DNA of 64,000 nt. It comes from Nitrospirota bacterium (GTDB lineage Bacteria; Nitrospirota; Nitrospiria; Nitrospirales; Nitrospiraceae). The stretch spans positions 27,265 through 91,264 of the forward strand of contig CAVPBK010000010.1 in assembly GCA_963701855.1 (NCBI GenBank), read 5' to 3'. A program made the position numbers and the translations under genes. Positions 1 to 8,720 of this stretch are shown here, piece after piece; the stretch's first letter is position 1; each line of letters starts with the position of its first letter. The notes under the pieces are model-generated. The model saw nothing but the letters and a program-made list of their open reading frames with translations, had not been told where the DNA came from and ran no database searches.

Positions 1-798
1 GTTAATTTTCGTCCGCACGTCATCGACAAGACCCAAGTTTTTCATTTCATGGAGGCCCTTCCAGATCTTGGTCAGGAGCGAGCCAGACGCCATCGGGATG
101 ACCACTTGGTCCGGCGTGCGCCAGCCAAGTTGCTCCACGGTTTCAAACGCCAGCGTCTTCGAGCCCTCCGCATAGTAGGGGCGAATGTTGATATTCACAA
201 AGGCCCAGGCATGTTCTCCTGCGATCTCGCTGCAGAGACGATTGACGTCGTCGTAATTGCCTTCGACCTCGACGACGTTTGGCTTATAGATCAAATTCCC
301 AAGAACTTTGGCGGCTTCCAAATCGCCTGGAATGAAGACGTAGGCGCGCATTCCTGCGGCAGCCGCGTGGGCGGCGACGGAATTGGCCAGATTGCCGGTT
401 GAGGCGCAGGCAATGGTTTCAAATCCCAATTCGCGAGCCCTGGTGATGGCCACGGCCACGACCCGATCTTTGAACGAGAGCGTGGGATGGTTCACCGTAT
501 CGTTCTTGATATACAGCTCGTCCAATCCGAGGTAGGCGCCGAGGTTCTTGGCGCGCACCAGTGGAGTCATCCCGGCATGCGTGCCGAGAAAAGTCGGCCC
601 TTCCACCGGCAGAAGATCGGCATAGCGCCAGATACTGTGTGGACCGTCCTGGATCTTCTTGCGGGAAATGCGCTTCTTGATCTCCTCGTAGTTGTACTTC
701 ACTTCGAGGGGGCCAAAGCACATCTCGCAGACATGGATCGCCTTCGTCGGATATTCTTTTCCGCACTCGCGACAGACTAGGGCTTTCATTGTGGCCAT
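1..798 (-). CDS. thrC: Threonine synthase-like PLP enzyme (3' end beyond window; absent from the ORF track)
   Basis: Manual translation from ATG 798: MATMKALVCRECGKEY...CEMCFGPL (Zn-ribbon-like N-terminus), IWRYADLLP, SFKDR (PLP lysine) and ACASTGNLANSVAAHAA motifs. Confidence 0.85.
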   Translation of the reverse strand, partial: MATMKALVCRECGKEYPTKAIHVCEMCFGPLEVKYNYEEIKKRISRKKIQDGPHSIWRYADLLPVEGPTFLGTHAGMTPLVRAKNLGAYLGLDELYIKNDTVNHPTLSFKDRVVAVAITRARELGFETIACASTGNLANSVAAHAAAAGMRAYVFIPGDLEAAKVLGNLIYKPNVVEVEGNYDDVNRLCSEIAGEHAWAFVNINIRPYYAEGSKTLAFETVEQLGWRTPDQVVIPMASGSLLTKIWKGLHEMKNLGLVDDVRTKIN

Positions 799-828
799 GG
801 CGATTCCACCTTGCTCTGTCAATAATAA

Positions 829-1641
829 TTATGGCCGGACGGCACAGCCGGCAAACGGATCACCGTCATCGAACACTTCAGTAATCGTCGGGTGCGTTCC
901 GCACAGCGCGCAGTCAGGATTGCGTTTCACTTTGATTTCTCTGAACTGCGTCTTGCGTGCATCGAAATCCAGGAACCGGTTCGTGAGAGGATGACCGATT
1001 CCCAGAATGAGTTTCAATGCCTCAGTCGCTTGAATCGTTCCAATGATGCCGGCTAATACGCCGATCACGCCCGCCTCCTGACAGGAGGCAACCAGCCCGG
1101 CCGGCGGCGGAGTCTTGAAGACGCAACGATAACAGGCCGACTGCTTTGGCACAATGGTCGTCACGCGCCCATCGAAGCGGAGGATGCCGCCGTGGACCAA
1201 GGGTTTTCCGGCAAAGAAACAGGCGTCGTTGATTAAGAATTTGGCCGTGAAGTTATCGACTCCGTCGATGATAACGTCGTACCCGCTGACGATCTTTAGG
1301 GCATTGCCGGCTGTCAGCCGCTCTTCGTACGTCGAGACCTGGACATCGGGGTTCAATGCCTGAATCTTTTCTTTACCCGAGAGGACTTTGGGGCGGCCCA
1401 CGTCCGATGTATGGTGCAGAATTTGCCGGTGAAGATTGGTCAGGTCCACTACATCGCTATCGATGAGGCCAATGGTACCGATACCGGCTGCGGCCAAATA
1501 GAGCGCCGCCGGTGAACCAAGGCCTCCCGCGCCGACCAGGAGAATCTTGGCCTTGGCGATCTTCTTTTGCCCCTTACCGCCGACTTCCGGCAAAAGAATA
1601 TGCCGGCTGTAGCGGGATATCTGATCGTCAGTAAATTCCAT
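829..1641 (-). CDS. moeB: MoeB/ThiF family sulfur-carrier adenylyltransferase
   Basis: RYSRHILL, GAGGLGS, DxDxVxxTNLHRQ and two CxxC Zn motifs (CYRC, CALC); no rhodanese domain. Confidence 0.9.
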   Translation of the reverse strand: MEFTDDQISRYSRHILLPEVGGKGQKKIAKAKILLVGAGGLGSPAALYLAAAGIGTIGLIDSDVVDLTNLHRQILHHTSDVGRPKVLSGKEKIQALNPDVQVSTYEERLTAGNALKIVSGYDVIIDGVDNFTAKFLINDACFFAGKPLVHGGILRFDGRVTTIVPKQSACYRCVFKTPPPAGLVASCQEAGVIGVLAGIIGTIQATEALKLILGIGHPLTNRFLDFDARKTQFREIKVKRNPDCALCGTHPTITEVFDDGDPFAGCAVRP

Positions 1642-1649
1642 GTTTGCCG

Positions 1650-1770
1650 GGATGCTGAAAACGGCCTCCAGCTTCGTTCTCGGTTCGAAGAAATCCTCAA
1701 CGTACCCCAGAGGGTACGCCTCCGGTTTCTTCTCGCCTGCGGCCTTGTTGGCCGGCCATTTTGAGCATCC
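1650..1770 (+). repeat. Repeat family A (MITE/REP-like), 121-bp copy
   Basis: Terminal inverted repeats GGATGCTGAAAA / TTTTGAGCATCC; central CTCAACGTAC..GTACGCCTC hairpin; homologues at 22683, 47430, 48372. Confidence 0.85.
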
Positions 1771-1797
1771 CTCCTCGATTAATTCATGAAAGAGAGC

Positions 1798-2727
1798 TTA
1801 AATATTAAAATACTTTTCGATGCTGATATATCGCTCACCGGTGTCGCAGAGGATGGTCACCACGTTTTTTCCTGGTCCAAGTTCCTGGGCCACTTTCTGT
1901 GCGGCGAACACGTTGGCTCCGGCGGATATGCCAACCAGGAGGCCTTCTCTTTTTGAGAGCTGCTTGGCCGTTTGATAGGCCTCGTCGTCGGTCACGGTCA
2001 TCACACGATCGAGAATGGCCCGGTTCAACACTTTCGGGATGAACCCCGCGCCGATGCCTTGAATTTTATGGGGTCCAGGCTCTCCACCGGATAAGACCGG
2101 CGATCCGGCCGGTTCAACCGCAATTACTTGCACCTCGGGATTCCGTTCCTTGAACAGTTCCCCGCATCCGGTAATGGTGCCGCCCGTGCCGACAGCCGCG
2201 ACAAACGCATCGATCTTTCCATCGAGCGACTCGAGAATTTCGATCGCCGTGGTCTTTTTATGCATGGCCGGATTGGCCGGGTTTGAAAACTGATTCGGCA
2301 TAAAGTACGACGGATTCTGCGCGATGATGCTTTCCGATTCGCGGATCGAACCCTTCATGCCTTCCCAGGCCGGCGTCAACACAAGCTGTGCGCCATAGGA
2401 CGACAAGAGACTCGCCCGCTCCATGCTCATGCTCTCCGGCATCACGAGAATCAGCTTATAACCACGGACGGCGGCGACTAATGCCAATCCGATTCCTGTG
2501 TTTCCACTGGTCGGTTCAACGATCGTGCCGCCCGGCTTTAATGCGCCCAGTCGTTCCGCTTCGTCGATCATATTGAGGCAGATCCGATCCTTGACACTTC
2601 CACCTGGATTAAAAAACTCGACTTTTCCATAGATCGTCGCCCCGCCTATTGGAGATAACCGGTTTAGACGTACAAGGGGAGTTCGTCCAATCAGTTCGGT
2701 AATGTCTTTGTGCAAGGTCATCGTCAC
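1798..2727 (-). CDS. cysK: Cysteine synthase A
   Basis: NPGGSVKDR, EPTSGNTGIGLA, GTGGT and HKIQGIG motifs. Confidence 0.95.
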   Translation of the reverse strand: MTMTLHKDITELIGRTPLVRLNRLSPIGGATIYGKVEFFNPGGSVKDRICLNMIDEAERLGALKPGGTIVEPTSGNTGIGLALVAAVRGYKLILVMPESMSMERASLLSSYGAQLVLTPAWEGMKGSIRESESIIAQNPSYFMPNQFSNPANPAMHKKTTAIEILESLDGKIDAFVAAVGTGGTITGCGELFKERNPEVQVIAVEPAGSPVLSGGEPGPHKIQGIGAGFIPKVLNRAILDRVMTVTDDEAYQTAKQLSKREGLLVGISAGANVFAAQKVAQELGPGKNVVTILCDTGERYISIEKYFNI

Positions 2728-2924
2728 CGGCCACCTCCCATATAAAACAAGAACTCAACCCGATCGCCGTCGCTTAGGCTGGTGGTGGCGAGGTGATTTC
2801 GGTCCAACATGGTGTCGTTGACCTCAACTGCAACCATTTGCGGTTCAATCTTTTTAGCCTGGAGAAGATCAAGGATCGTTCCCCCTGAAACCTCTTCTGC
2901 CTTGCCATTGATTTTGACCTGCAT
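2724..2924 (-). CDS. thiS: ThiS/MoaD-family sulfur carrier protein with a residue after the C-terminal glycines
   Basis: 66 aa ubiquitin-like; VAVEVN...DGDRVEFLFYMGGGR; stop overlaps cysK start (GTGA). Confidence 0.85.
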   Translation of the reverse strand: MQVKINGKAEEVSGGTILDLLQAKKIEPQMVAVEVNDTMLDRNHLATTSLSDGDRVEFLFYMGGGR

Positions 2925-3062
2925 GAAGACTCCTAAGATGGCCTAGAGATTAAACAATTTCAACACGTTATCAAAGCAACTTCGCCAATGTCAAGGCAGC
3001 AAAACCGGCTGCCTCGTGGCTTGACTTTGTCCGCGATCCATCGCCACTATGCCATCTTTTGG

Positions 3063-3452
3063 ATGAACGATAACATGTGGAAGCGCAATTTCATGTTCAG
3101 GTCCGTCGAGGCCATTCCGCTCAAAGAATCTGAAAATGAGCTGTTTCACGATACCGATCCCGCTTTGGATAGCACGGGACTCCAGTTAGAGAAGTTTCTA
3201 TCGGTTTGGATTCAAGGCGATGGGGAGGACGAGACCCCGACGGCCTTCACCAACATGTATGTCCGCACAGCGACGTTGGATTTTCAGAAGCGGGTTGGGT
3301 TTTTGCAGCCACTCCAAGGCCGCTCGCACCAGATCAAACAATTGCTCACGCCGGGCCAAAAACAGTTTCTGCAACAGTGGCTCGCCACATCGGCTCCTCA
3401 GGCTTGGGAGGCCACAGACGATCATTTCAAGATGCTGTTTGAACTCGAATAG
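3063..3452 (+). CDS. Hypothetical protein
   Basis: Open frame with protein-like composition, divergent from thiS; start uncertain (3063 or 3075). Confidence 0.65.
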   Translation: MNDNMWKRNFMFRSVEAIPLKESENELFHDTDPALDSTGLQLEKFLSVWIQGDGEDETPTAFTNMYVRTATLDFQKRVGFLQPLQGRSHQIKQLLTPGQKQFLQQWLATSAPQAWEATDDHFKMLFELE

Positions 3453-3454
3453 CC

Positions 3455-3712
3455 CTAGCCCGCATGATTCATGAACACTTCTGCTACAATTGCCGATCCG
3501 TTGCTACGACAAGCCTTCGGCCAGCGGGCTCGCCCTTCGGACTCTCACCGTACTGTTGGGGCTGGCGCCCTTCTTTTTGGCGCCTGTCCCCGTTCTGGAG
3601 GCGGGACAGGCACCGTCGCAGACGGCGGAGCCAGTCCCCTGGGCTCTGCGCGCTGGTCTCGCGACGCGGCTCAGCAATTTCGAGACGAACCGTCATGAAT
3701 AATGCGGGCTAG
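3455..3712 (+). repeat. Repeat family B (MITE-like, CTAG-terminated) with an internal REP-like GGGACAGGCACC..GCCAGTCCCC module
   Basis: Ends CTAGCCCGCATGATTCATGA / TCATGAATAATGCGGGCTAG; homologues at 15285, 40334, 14379, 24203. Confidence 0.85.
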
Positions 3713-3725
3713 CTGTGTTTTAGCT

Positions 3726-4271
3726 ATGAGAGCTGTCCTATCCTACTCCCTCGCGCGGTTGTTCTGTCTCGTCGTGCTGATGCTCGCGGTTCCGATCGGG
3801 TCCGGGTGGAGCGCGACGGTGGAGATCTACTACGGGCCAGACGACGCGCCACTCGATCGCCTGACGACGCTCTATCGACAGGCGACACGGTACCTCTATG
3901 TAGCGGTCTATGGGTTGACCTCTCCCCGTGCGGTGGAGGCAATGGTCGCGGCGAAGAAACGAGGGGTCGATGTGCGCCTGATTACCGATCTGAAGCGCAT
4001 TGAGGACGTCAAGCAGCGTACCGCGCTGCATACGCTGCAGTTGGCCGGCATTCCTATTCTCGTGAACACCCATGATGGGCTAATGCATCTGAAACAGGTG
4101 GTGATCGACGATGAAGTGAACGCCTCCGGATCGATGAACCACACGACGAGCGGTAACCGCTATAACGATGAGCGGCTCGATGTCATTACCGATCATGCGA
4201 TCACGGCCAAGGCTCGAGAGAAGTTTCTGACAATGTGGAACGATCACGATCGATATCGGGAATGGAAGTAA
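3726..4271 (+). CDS. Secreted phospholipase D-like (Nuc-type) nuclease, single HKD motif
   Basis: Signal-like N-terminus; RGVDVRLITD; HLKQVVID...GSMN (HxKxxxxD..GSxN); start uncertain. Confidence 0.8.
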   Translation: MRAVLSYSLARLFCLVVLMLAVPIGSGWSATVEIYYGPDDAPLDRLTTLYRQATRYLYVAVYGLTSPRAVEAMVAAKKRGVDVRLITDLKRIEDVKQRTALHTLQLAGIPILVNTHDGLMHLKQVVIDDEVNASGSMNHTTSGNRYNDERLDVITDHAITAKAREKFLTMWNDHDRYREWK

Positions 4272-4370
4272 ATGGGAAGATTGAGGTCAAGGCTGAGGAA
4301 GAGAAAGAACTGTCAATCTTTGTGCAACCTCGACCTTAATCTCGGCCTTGGCCTTTCTCTGTGAGGTACG

Positions 4371-5645
4371 ATGACTGAGCAGACCGATGTCGTGGTGGTG
4401 GGGGCAGGGGGCGGCGGAGCCGTCTTGGCCCTGGCGCTGGCGAAGCAAGGGATCAGCACGGTCGTGTTGGATCAGGCCGTCGGTCCACCTAAGGGCTTGC
4501 GAGGAGAAATTCTCCAACCGAACGGGCAGCGCGTGCTCGATCGCTTGGGCGTGTTGCAATCGTTGCCGGCCGATGCGACGAGGTCCGTGCGGCATTTTCA
4601 TTTTTGCCGGACCGGAGGGACGCGCCTCTGTAGCATCGATTATGGCGATCTGCCCGCACCCTATAATCGTGCGATCGTGACCCTGCCGAACGTCGCGCAC
4701 CACGCCATTGTCGCGGCGGTGCAGCAACAGAAAAGCGTGACGCTCCGCTACGGGACGACCTTTACAGGACTCTTGCGTGAGGGAGACCAGGTGGTGGGGT
4801 TATCCTTGCAGGGGCCAGATGGCACACACACTATCCGTGCGAAGATTGTCGTCGGCGCCGATGGCGCTTTCTCGAAAGTGCGTGAGGCACTGAAGATCCC
4901 CGCCGATCTGTACCTCTATCCTGACGGGTATCTGATCGCGATTCTCGAATCGGCGGAACCGGTATCGGAATCGTTCTACTACGTGGGGCACAAGACTATT
5001 TTGGGAATCTTTCCGGCGACGGGGAACAAGGTCTATCTCTTCTACATGATCCCTAAGGATTCGATGGAGGCCGTGAAGCAGCGGGGTATTGCTGCGCTTC
5101 AGCAGACGTGGAGCCAGATTGCGCCGCAGTTTGCCGGGCTGTTTCGGCATCTGAGTGATTGGAGCCAGACAGCCTATATGCCGACCGGGCGGGTGCGAAC
5201 ACCGACATGGGTCGCAGACGGAGCCGTGTTGATCGGCGATGCCGCCCATGCGATGAATCCCCATGCCTCGCAGGGGCGCATGCAGGCGATGGTCGATGCC
5301 ATGGCGCTGTCCGATCTCTTGCCGGGTTGTCTTGCCGATCAGGACTATTCTGCCGTCAGACTGAAAGAATTTGAACGGGCCAGGCGTCCGCAAGTCACCA
5401 TGTTGCAGCAATTGGCCGATCAACAAGTATTTTATTGGAATACAGAAAATCCAATGGTGGCCTTCCTGCGTGATCGCGTATTTCAGACGCTGGATCGGAA
5501 CGCACGGCTGCGCTATCAGGTCCTATCCACCACGGCGGGGTTGCGGACGATGCCGCCGTTTAATCTGATCGATCGAGTGATTGCCACGGGGTTTCTCCCT
5601 GATATTCGTGGGCATGAGAGATCTCCACATCCGATGTCGTCATGA
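4371..5645 (+). CDS. FAD-dependent monooxygenase (FAD_binding_3 type)
   Basis: GAGGGG dinucleotide-binding motif, VGADG and LIGDAAHAMNPHASQG. Confidence 0.85.
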   Translation: MTEQTDVVVVGAGGGGAVLALALAKQGISTVVLDQAVGPPKGLRGEILQPNGQRVLDRLGVLQSLPADATRSVRHFHFCRTGGTRLCSIDYGDLPAPYNRAIVTLPNVAHHAIVAAVQQQKSVTLRYGTTFTGLLREGDQVVGLSLQGPDGTHTIRAKIVVGADGAFSKVREALKIPADLYLYPDGYLIAILESAEPVSESFYYVGHKTILGIFPATGNKVYLFYMIPKDSMEAVKQRGIAALQQTWSQIAPQFAGLFRHLSDWSQTAYMPTGRVRTPTWVADGAVLIGDAAHAMNPHASQGRMQAMVDAMALSDLLPGCLADQDYSAVRLKEFERARRPQVTMLQQLADQQVFYWNTENPMVAFLRDRVFQTLDRNARLRYQVLSTTAGLRTMPPFNLIDRVIATGFLPDIRGHERSPHPMSS

Positions 5646-6415
5646 GGGACATGGGCACGGCTGAACGTCTGATCGAGGGATTGCCGGACGACACGCAGAA
5701 GTTGCTGCAGACCTATGTGAAGGAAGTCACAGGTGCGTTCGGGGAGCAGATGGAAGGCCTGCTGCTCTATGGCAGTGCCGTCCGTGGGGAGTTTCTCCGA
5801 GGCCGCTCCAATCTGAACATCCTTCTCTTGGTGTCCTCGTACGACAGCGCCGTGCTCAAACAGTACAGCGCGTTGCACCGCCGATGGAGCAAGGAACAAA
5901 TTATGGTCCCCCTCTTTCTGACGGAAGAGGAGCTGCATATGTCGGCAGCAGTCTTCCCACTTGAGTTTCTGGAGATCCAGGAACAGCATCGCGTTCTGGG
6001 TGGGCGCGATCCCTTCATCGGCTTTCATGTGAAGTCCGATCGGCTGAGAGAGGCCGTGGTCCAGGGTCTCGCGAGCCACTTGTTACGCCTGCGCCAACGC
6101 TATGTCGAAGGGGGCGCAGGCGACGAAGCTACGACGATGTTGTTGCCGCTCTCGATCACCTCGATTCTTCCGTTGCTGCGCGGGGTGCAACGTCTTCTCG
6201 GGCGTCCGCCCCTCGCTCATTCCGATGCGGCGATCTCGGACGTGGCCGAGCAGCTGAAATTAGATCTGCAAGGTTTGCTGGACACCTGGTTGCTCAAGCG
6301 CGGACAGATTTCTCCCGGCCCCCACGAAGTGCCTCGTCTCTTTGACCGGTATCTGCAAGCCGTGACGCGGCTCACTCGCGCAGTCGAGCAACTGCCGCAG
6401 TCGGGGCAGCGATGA
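5642..6415 (+). CDS. Pol-beta nucleotidyltransferase-fold protein, probably catalytically degenerate
   Basis: LLLYGSAVRGEF..SNLNILL (DxD replaced by NxN); ATGA overlaps with both neighbours. Confidence 0.7.
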   Translation: MRDMGTAERLIEGLPDDTQKLLQTYVKEVTGAFGEQMEGLLLYGSAVRGEFLRGRSNLNILLLVSSYDSAVLKQYSALHRRWSKEQIMVPLFLTEEELHMSAAVFPLEFLEIQEQHRVLGGRDPFIGFHVKSDRLREAVVQGLASHLLRLRQRYVEGGAGDEATTMLLPLSITSILPLLRGVQRLLGRPPLAHSDAAISDVAEQLKLDLQGLLDTWLLKRGQISPGPHEVPRLFDRYLQAVTRLTRAVEQLPQSGQR

Positions 6416-7140
6416 CGAAGACCGTCCATCTGGCGATGATCCTCTGTCTCGTCCTCTTCGAGGGGATAGCCCAGGCGGTGTCCTACGAACGGCCCAAGAT
6501 CCAGTTGCCGGGGCCTCAAGGTTATGTGAGCGACCATGCGCAGGTGATCGATGGAGATTGGAAAGAACGCATCCGCTCCGTCTGCCAGGATCTTGAGCGG
6601 AAGACCGGCGTAGAAATGGTTGTGGTGACCGTTCCGACCATCATGCCATTCGAGTCGGCCAAGGAGTATGCGACGGCGCTCTATGAAAAGTGGGGCATCG
6701 GATCGACGCAACAAGAACATGGCGTGATGGTGTTGGTTGCGGTGCAGGAACGACAAGCCGCGATTACACTGGGCCGGCAGATGTTGCCGGTGATCACTCC
6801 CACGGTTGTGAGTCAAGTCGGGCGCGACAGTCTGCAGCCGTCGATTGAGTTGGGGCATTTCGGCGAAGGTCTCTATCTCACGGTGGTAGCGTTGGCCTCT
6901 CCCGCGCAGGAGGTGCGTGTCGGAGTCATCGCGAAGACCTATTCCAAGGTTTTTGCTTTTGGGCTTGCCCTCTTTAGCAGCATCGCGGCGCTCGCATTCT
7001 TTTGGTGGATCACCCGTCCAGACCTCCGGCATCCCTACAAACGGATTCAAAAAGGCGAGTATTGGGGAACCGGCCAGGGAGGGTTTGGCGGGAACTTCGG
7101 AGGATTCGGAGGGGGGACAAACGGAGAGGGGTATAAGTAA
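6412..7140 (+). CDS. TPM-domain membrane protein with a Gly-rich tail
   Basis: GYVSDHAQVI, EMVVVTVPT, LYEKWGIG, GVMVLVA; TM helix; GGFGGNFGGFGGG tail. Confidence 0.85.
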   Translation: MTKTVHLAMILCLVLFEGIAQAVSYERPKIQLPGPQGYVSDHAQVIDGDWKERIRSVCQDLERKTGVEMVVVTVPTIMPFESAKEYATALYEKWGIGSTQQEHGVMVLVAVQERQAAITLGRQMLPVITPTVVSQVGRDSLQPSIELGHFGEGLYLTVVALASPAQEVRVGVIAKTYSKVFAFGLALFSSIAALAFFWWITRPDLRHPYKRIQKGEYWGTGQGGFGGNFGGFGGGTNGEGYK

Positions 7141-7291
7141 GCGCTTTTTAGGTTGGCCCAGTCATGTGACGCGCAAGGAGTCGCCTCATATTTAAGGAAG
7201 TGTCAGTGTGTCCCCCCCTCCATACATTCTCGGTTTGATAATTCCAGTACAATGAGTGAGCTAAAGACCAATTGAACAAAGGAGGGGGGCC

Positions 7292-7819
7292 ATGCTTCGC
7301 AAGATATGTTCGATCTTCATGCTCTTCATCATACCCGCTGTCGTGCAGATGACTCCTCTGGCCGCCCAATCGGATCCGATAAACCCCGAAGAGGTCGCTC
7401 ATATGAAAGCCGGGCATAAAAAGGTCGAGGGAGTGGTGACTGAGGTGAAGTCCGGTCTCATTATCGTCAAGGCGTCGACCGGCGCCACACTCACTCTGAC
7501 CGAGAATACGGCCGCTCGCATCGGCAGGACCGTCCCGAAAGTCGGTGATGAAATGACGCTCTGGGTCAACGAAGGCAACATGGTTATGGATGCCCGTCTG
7601 AAGGGGCAACCAGACAAGGGTCCTCGTTTCATTACCGGTACGCTCGCTTCGATTGATAATGGCAAGTCCAAGATGACGCTGTCGACGTCAGGAGGGGAGA
7701 AGAGCTATAACCTCAGACCCGAAAGCCGCATGTTCAGGGATATCGCTGTCGGCTCTGAGGTGACGATCGAAGTCAATGACACGGGAGAGGTCATCGACAT
7801 TCATAAGGACAAAAAATAA
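7292..7819 (+). CDS. Exported protein with two OB-fold-like repeats
   Basis: Strong SD (GGAGG), signal peptide, repeated GxVxx...VG(D/S)E(M/V)T units. Confidence 0.7.
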   Translation: MLRKICSIFMLFIIPAVVQMTPLAAQSDPINPEEVAHMKAGHKKVEGVVTEVKSGLIIVKASTGATLTLTENTAARIGRTVPKVGDEMTLWVNEGNMVMDARLKGQPDKGPRFITGTLASIDNGKSKMTLSTSGGEKSYNLRPESRMFRDIAVGSEVTIEVNDTGEVIDIHKDKK

Positions 7820-7827
7820 GGGTGAGG

Positions 7828-8160
7828 AAGGAGCGGCCAGGTGCCCTTCTTGATCGCAGAACGCGCACGATAGGAATGTGCTCGTTCGATGCGCGCAGTA
7901 AAGGGCAGCCTTGGCCACTCCTTTGAAGAGAGGTAGAAAGCATCGAAAGAATCTCGTTGAACGCGCGCAGTAGAAGATCATTCAGCCCCCATCCTTGAAG
8001 AAATTCCAAAGAGAGCTATAGAGAATTGGAAGACCCTCTTTGGACACGCGCAGTGGAGATCACGCCAGCCGCCTCGCTGATACGGGTGCTGGTGAAGGTG
8101 AAGAGTTGAGTTAGTCCTCGGTGGAAGCGCACAGCCGAGGATCAATCAAGCGATCGTGAT
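7828..8160 (+). repeat. Repeat family C: structured hairpin element plus four periodic CTCGTTGGACGCGCGCAGT-like motifs
   Basis: Nested hairpin 7828-7923; motif copies start at 7881, 7953, 8036, 8117; inverted homologue at about 11075-11361. Confidence 0.75.
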
Positions 8161-8189
8161 AGGAAAACGGTTCCTGGCACCGTTCTCTT

Positions 8190-8714
8190 GACCCATCCAG
8201 TACAAACAGCTACAAGTATACGGGCCGGGAGGACGATGGCTCAGGGCTGGACTACTATCGTGCGAGATACTATCATCCACGATTGCAGCGGTTCATCAGT
8301 GAAGATCCGATCAGATTCCGTGGTGGGATCAACTTCTATGGCTACGTGCGCAATAATCCAATCAACCGAACTGACCCATCCGGACTTGGCCCGAAGAGTT
8401 TTATTGCGTGTTCGATCCTGAATGGGTTGTATCAACTCAACGACTTTCGCCGTTACCTAGCCATCTTGGATGAAAACACGGAAATGACGGAAGCTCTGTT
8501 GACTACGGTGCAGTCGGAGATTAAAACTTGTCCGTCAAGAGACACGGAACGACTGGCGGCATTATGGGAGCTCAAAGGTCAGCTTACATCACAGTTGACT
8601 CAGTTGATAAGGGATAATGCAGGTAATGTCGGTATGACGGGGTTGCTTCAGGTCTCGGAAACAATGGCCGCGGAAGGAGTTTGTTCAGTGGTAGGCATAC
8701 TGCGGCTATGGTAA
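8190..8714 (+). pseudogene. Orphan Rhs core end plus C-terminal toxin domain
   Basis: In-frame STNSYKYTGREDDGSGLDYYRARYYHPRLQRFISEDPI..GGINFYGYVRNNPINRTDPSGL followed by about 108 aa; in-frame stop at 8160 and no start upstream of the core. Confidence 0.85.
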
Positions 8715-8720
8715 AAATAT

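Noticed and set aside
3464..3712. Several overlapping short ORFs, and similar ones at 1567-1764, 7688-8009, 11038-11414, 22544-22932, 47477-47887 and 48278-48565
   Set aside because: They lie in or across repeat elements or antisense to real genes and have no protein motifs.
7881..8150. CRISPR array
   Set aside because: The repeats are short and degenerate, the period is uneven and no cas genes are in the window. Kept only as a non-CRISPR periodic motif.
8189..8381. 10-bp direct repeat TGACCCATCC (8189-8198 and 8372-8381) as a target-site duplication
   Set aside because: The second copy encodes the conserved DPSG motif and the enclosed DNA is ordinary Rhs core, so chance is plausible.
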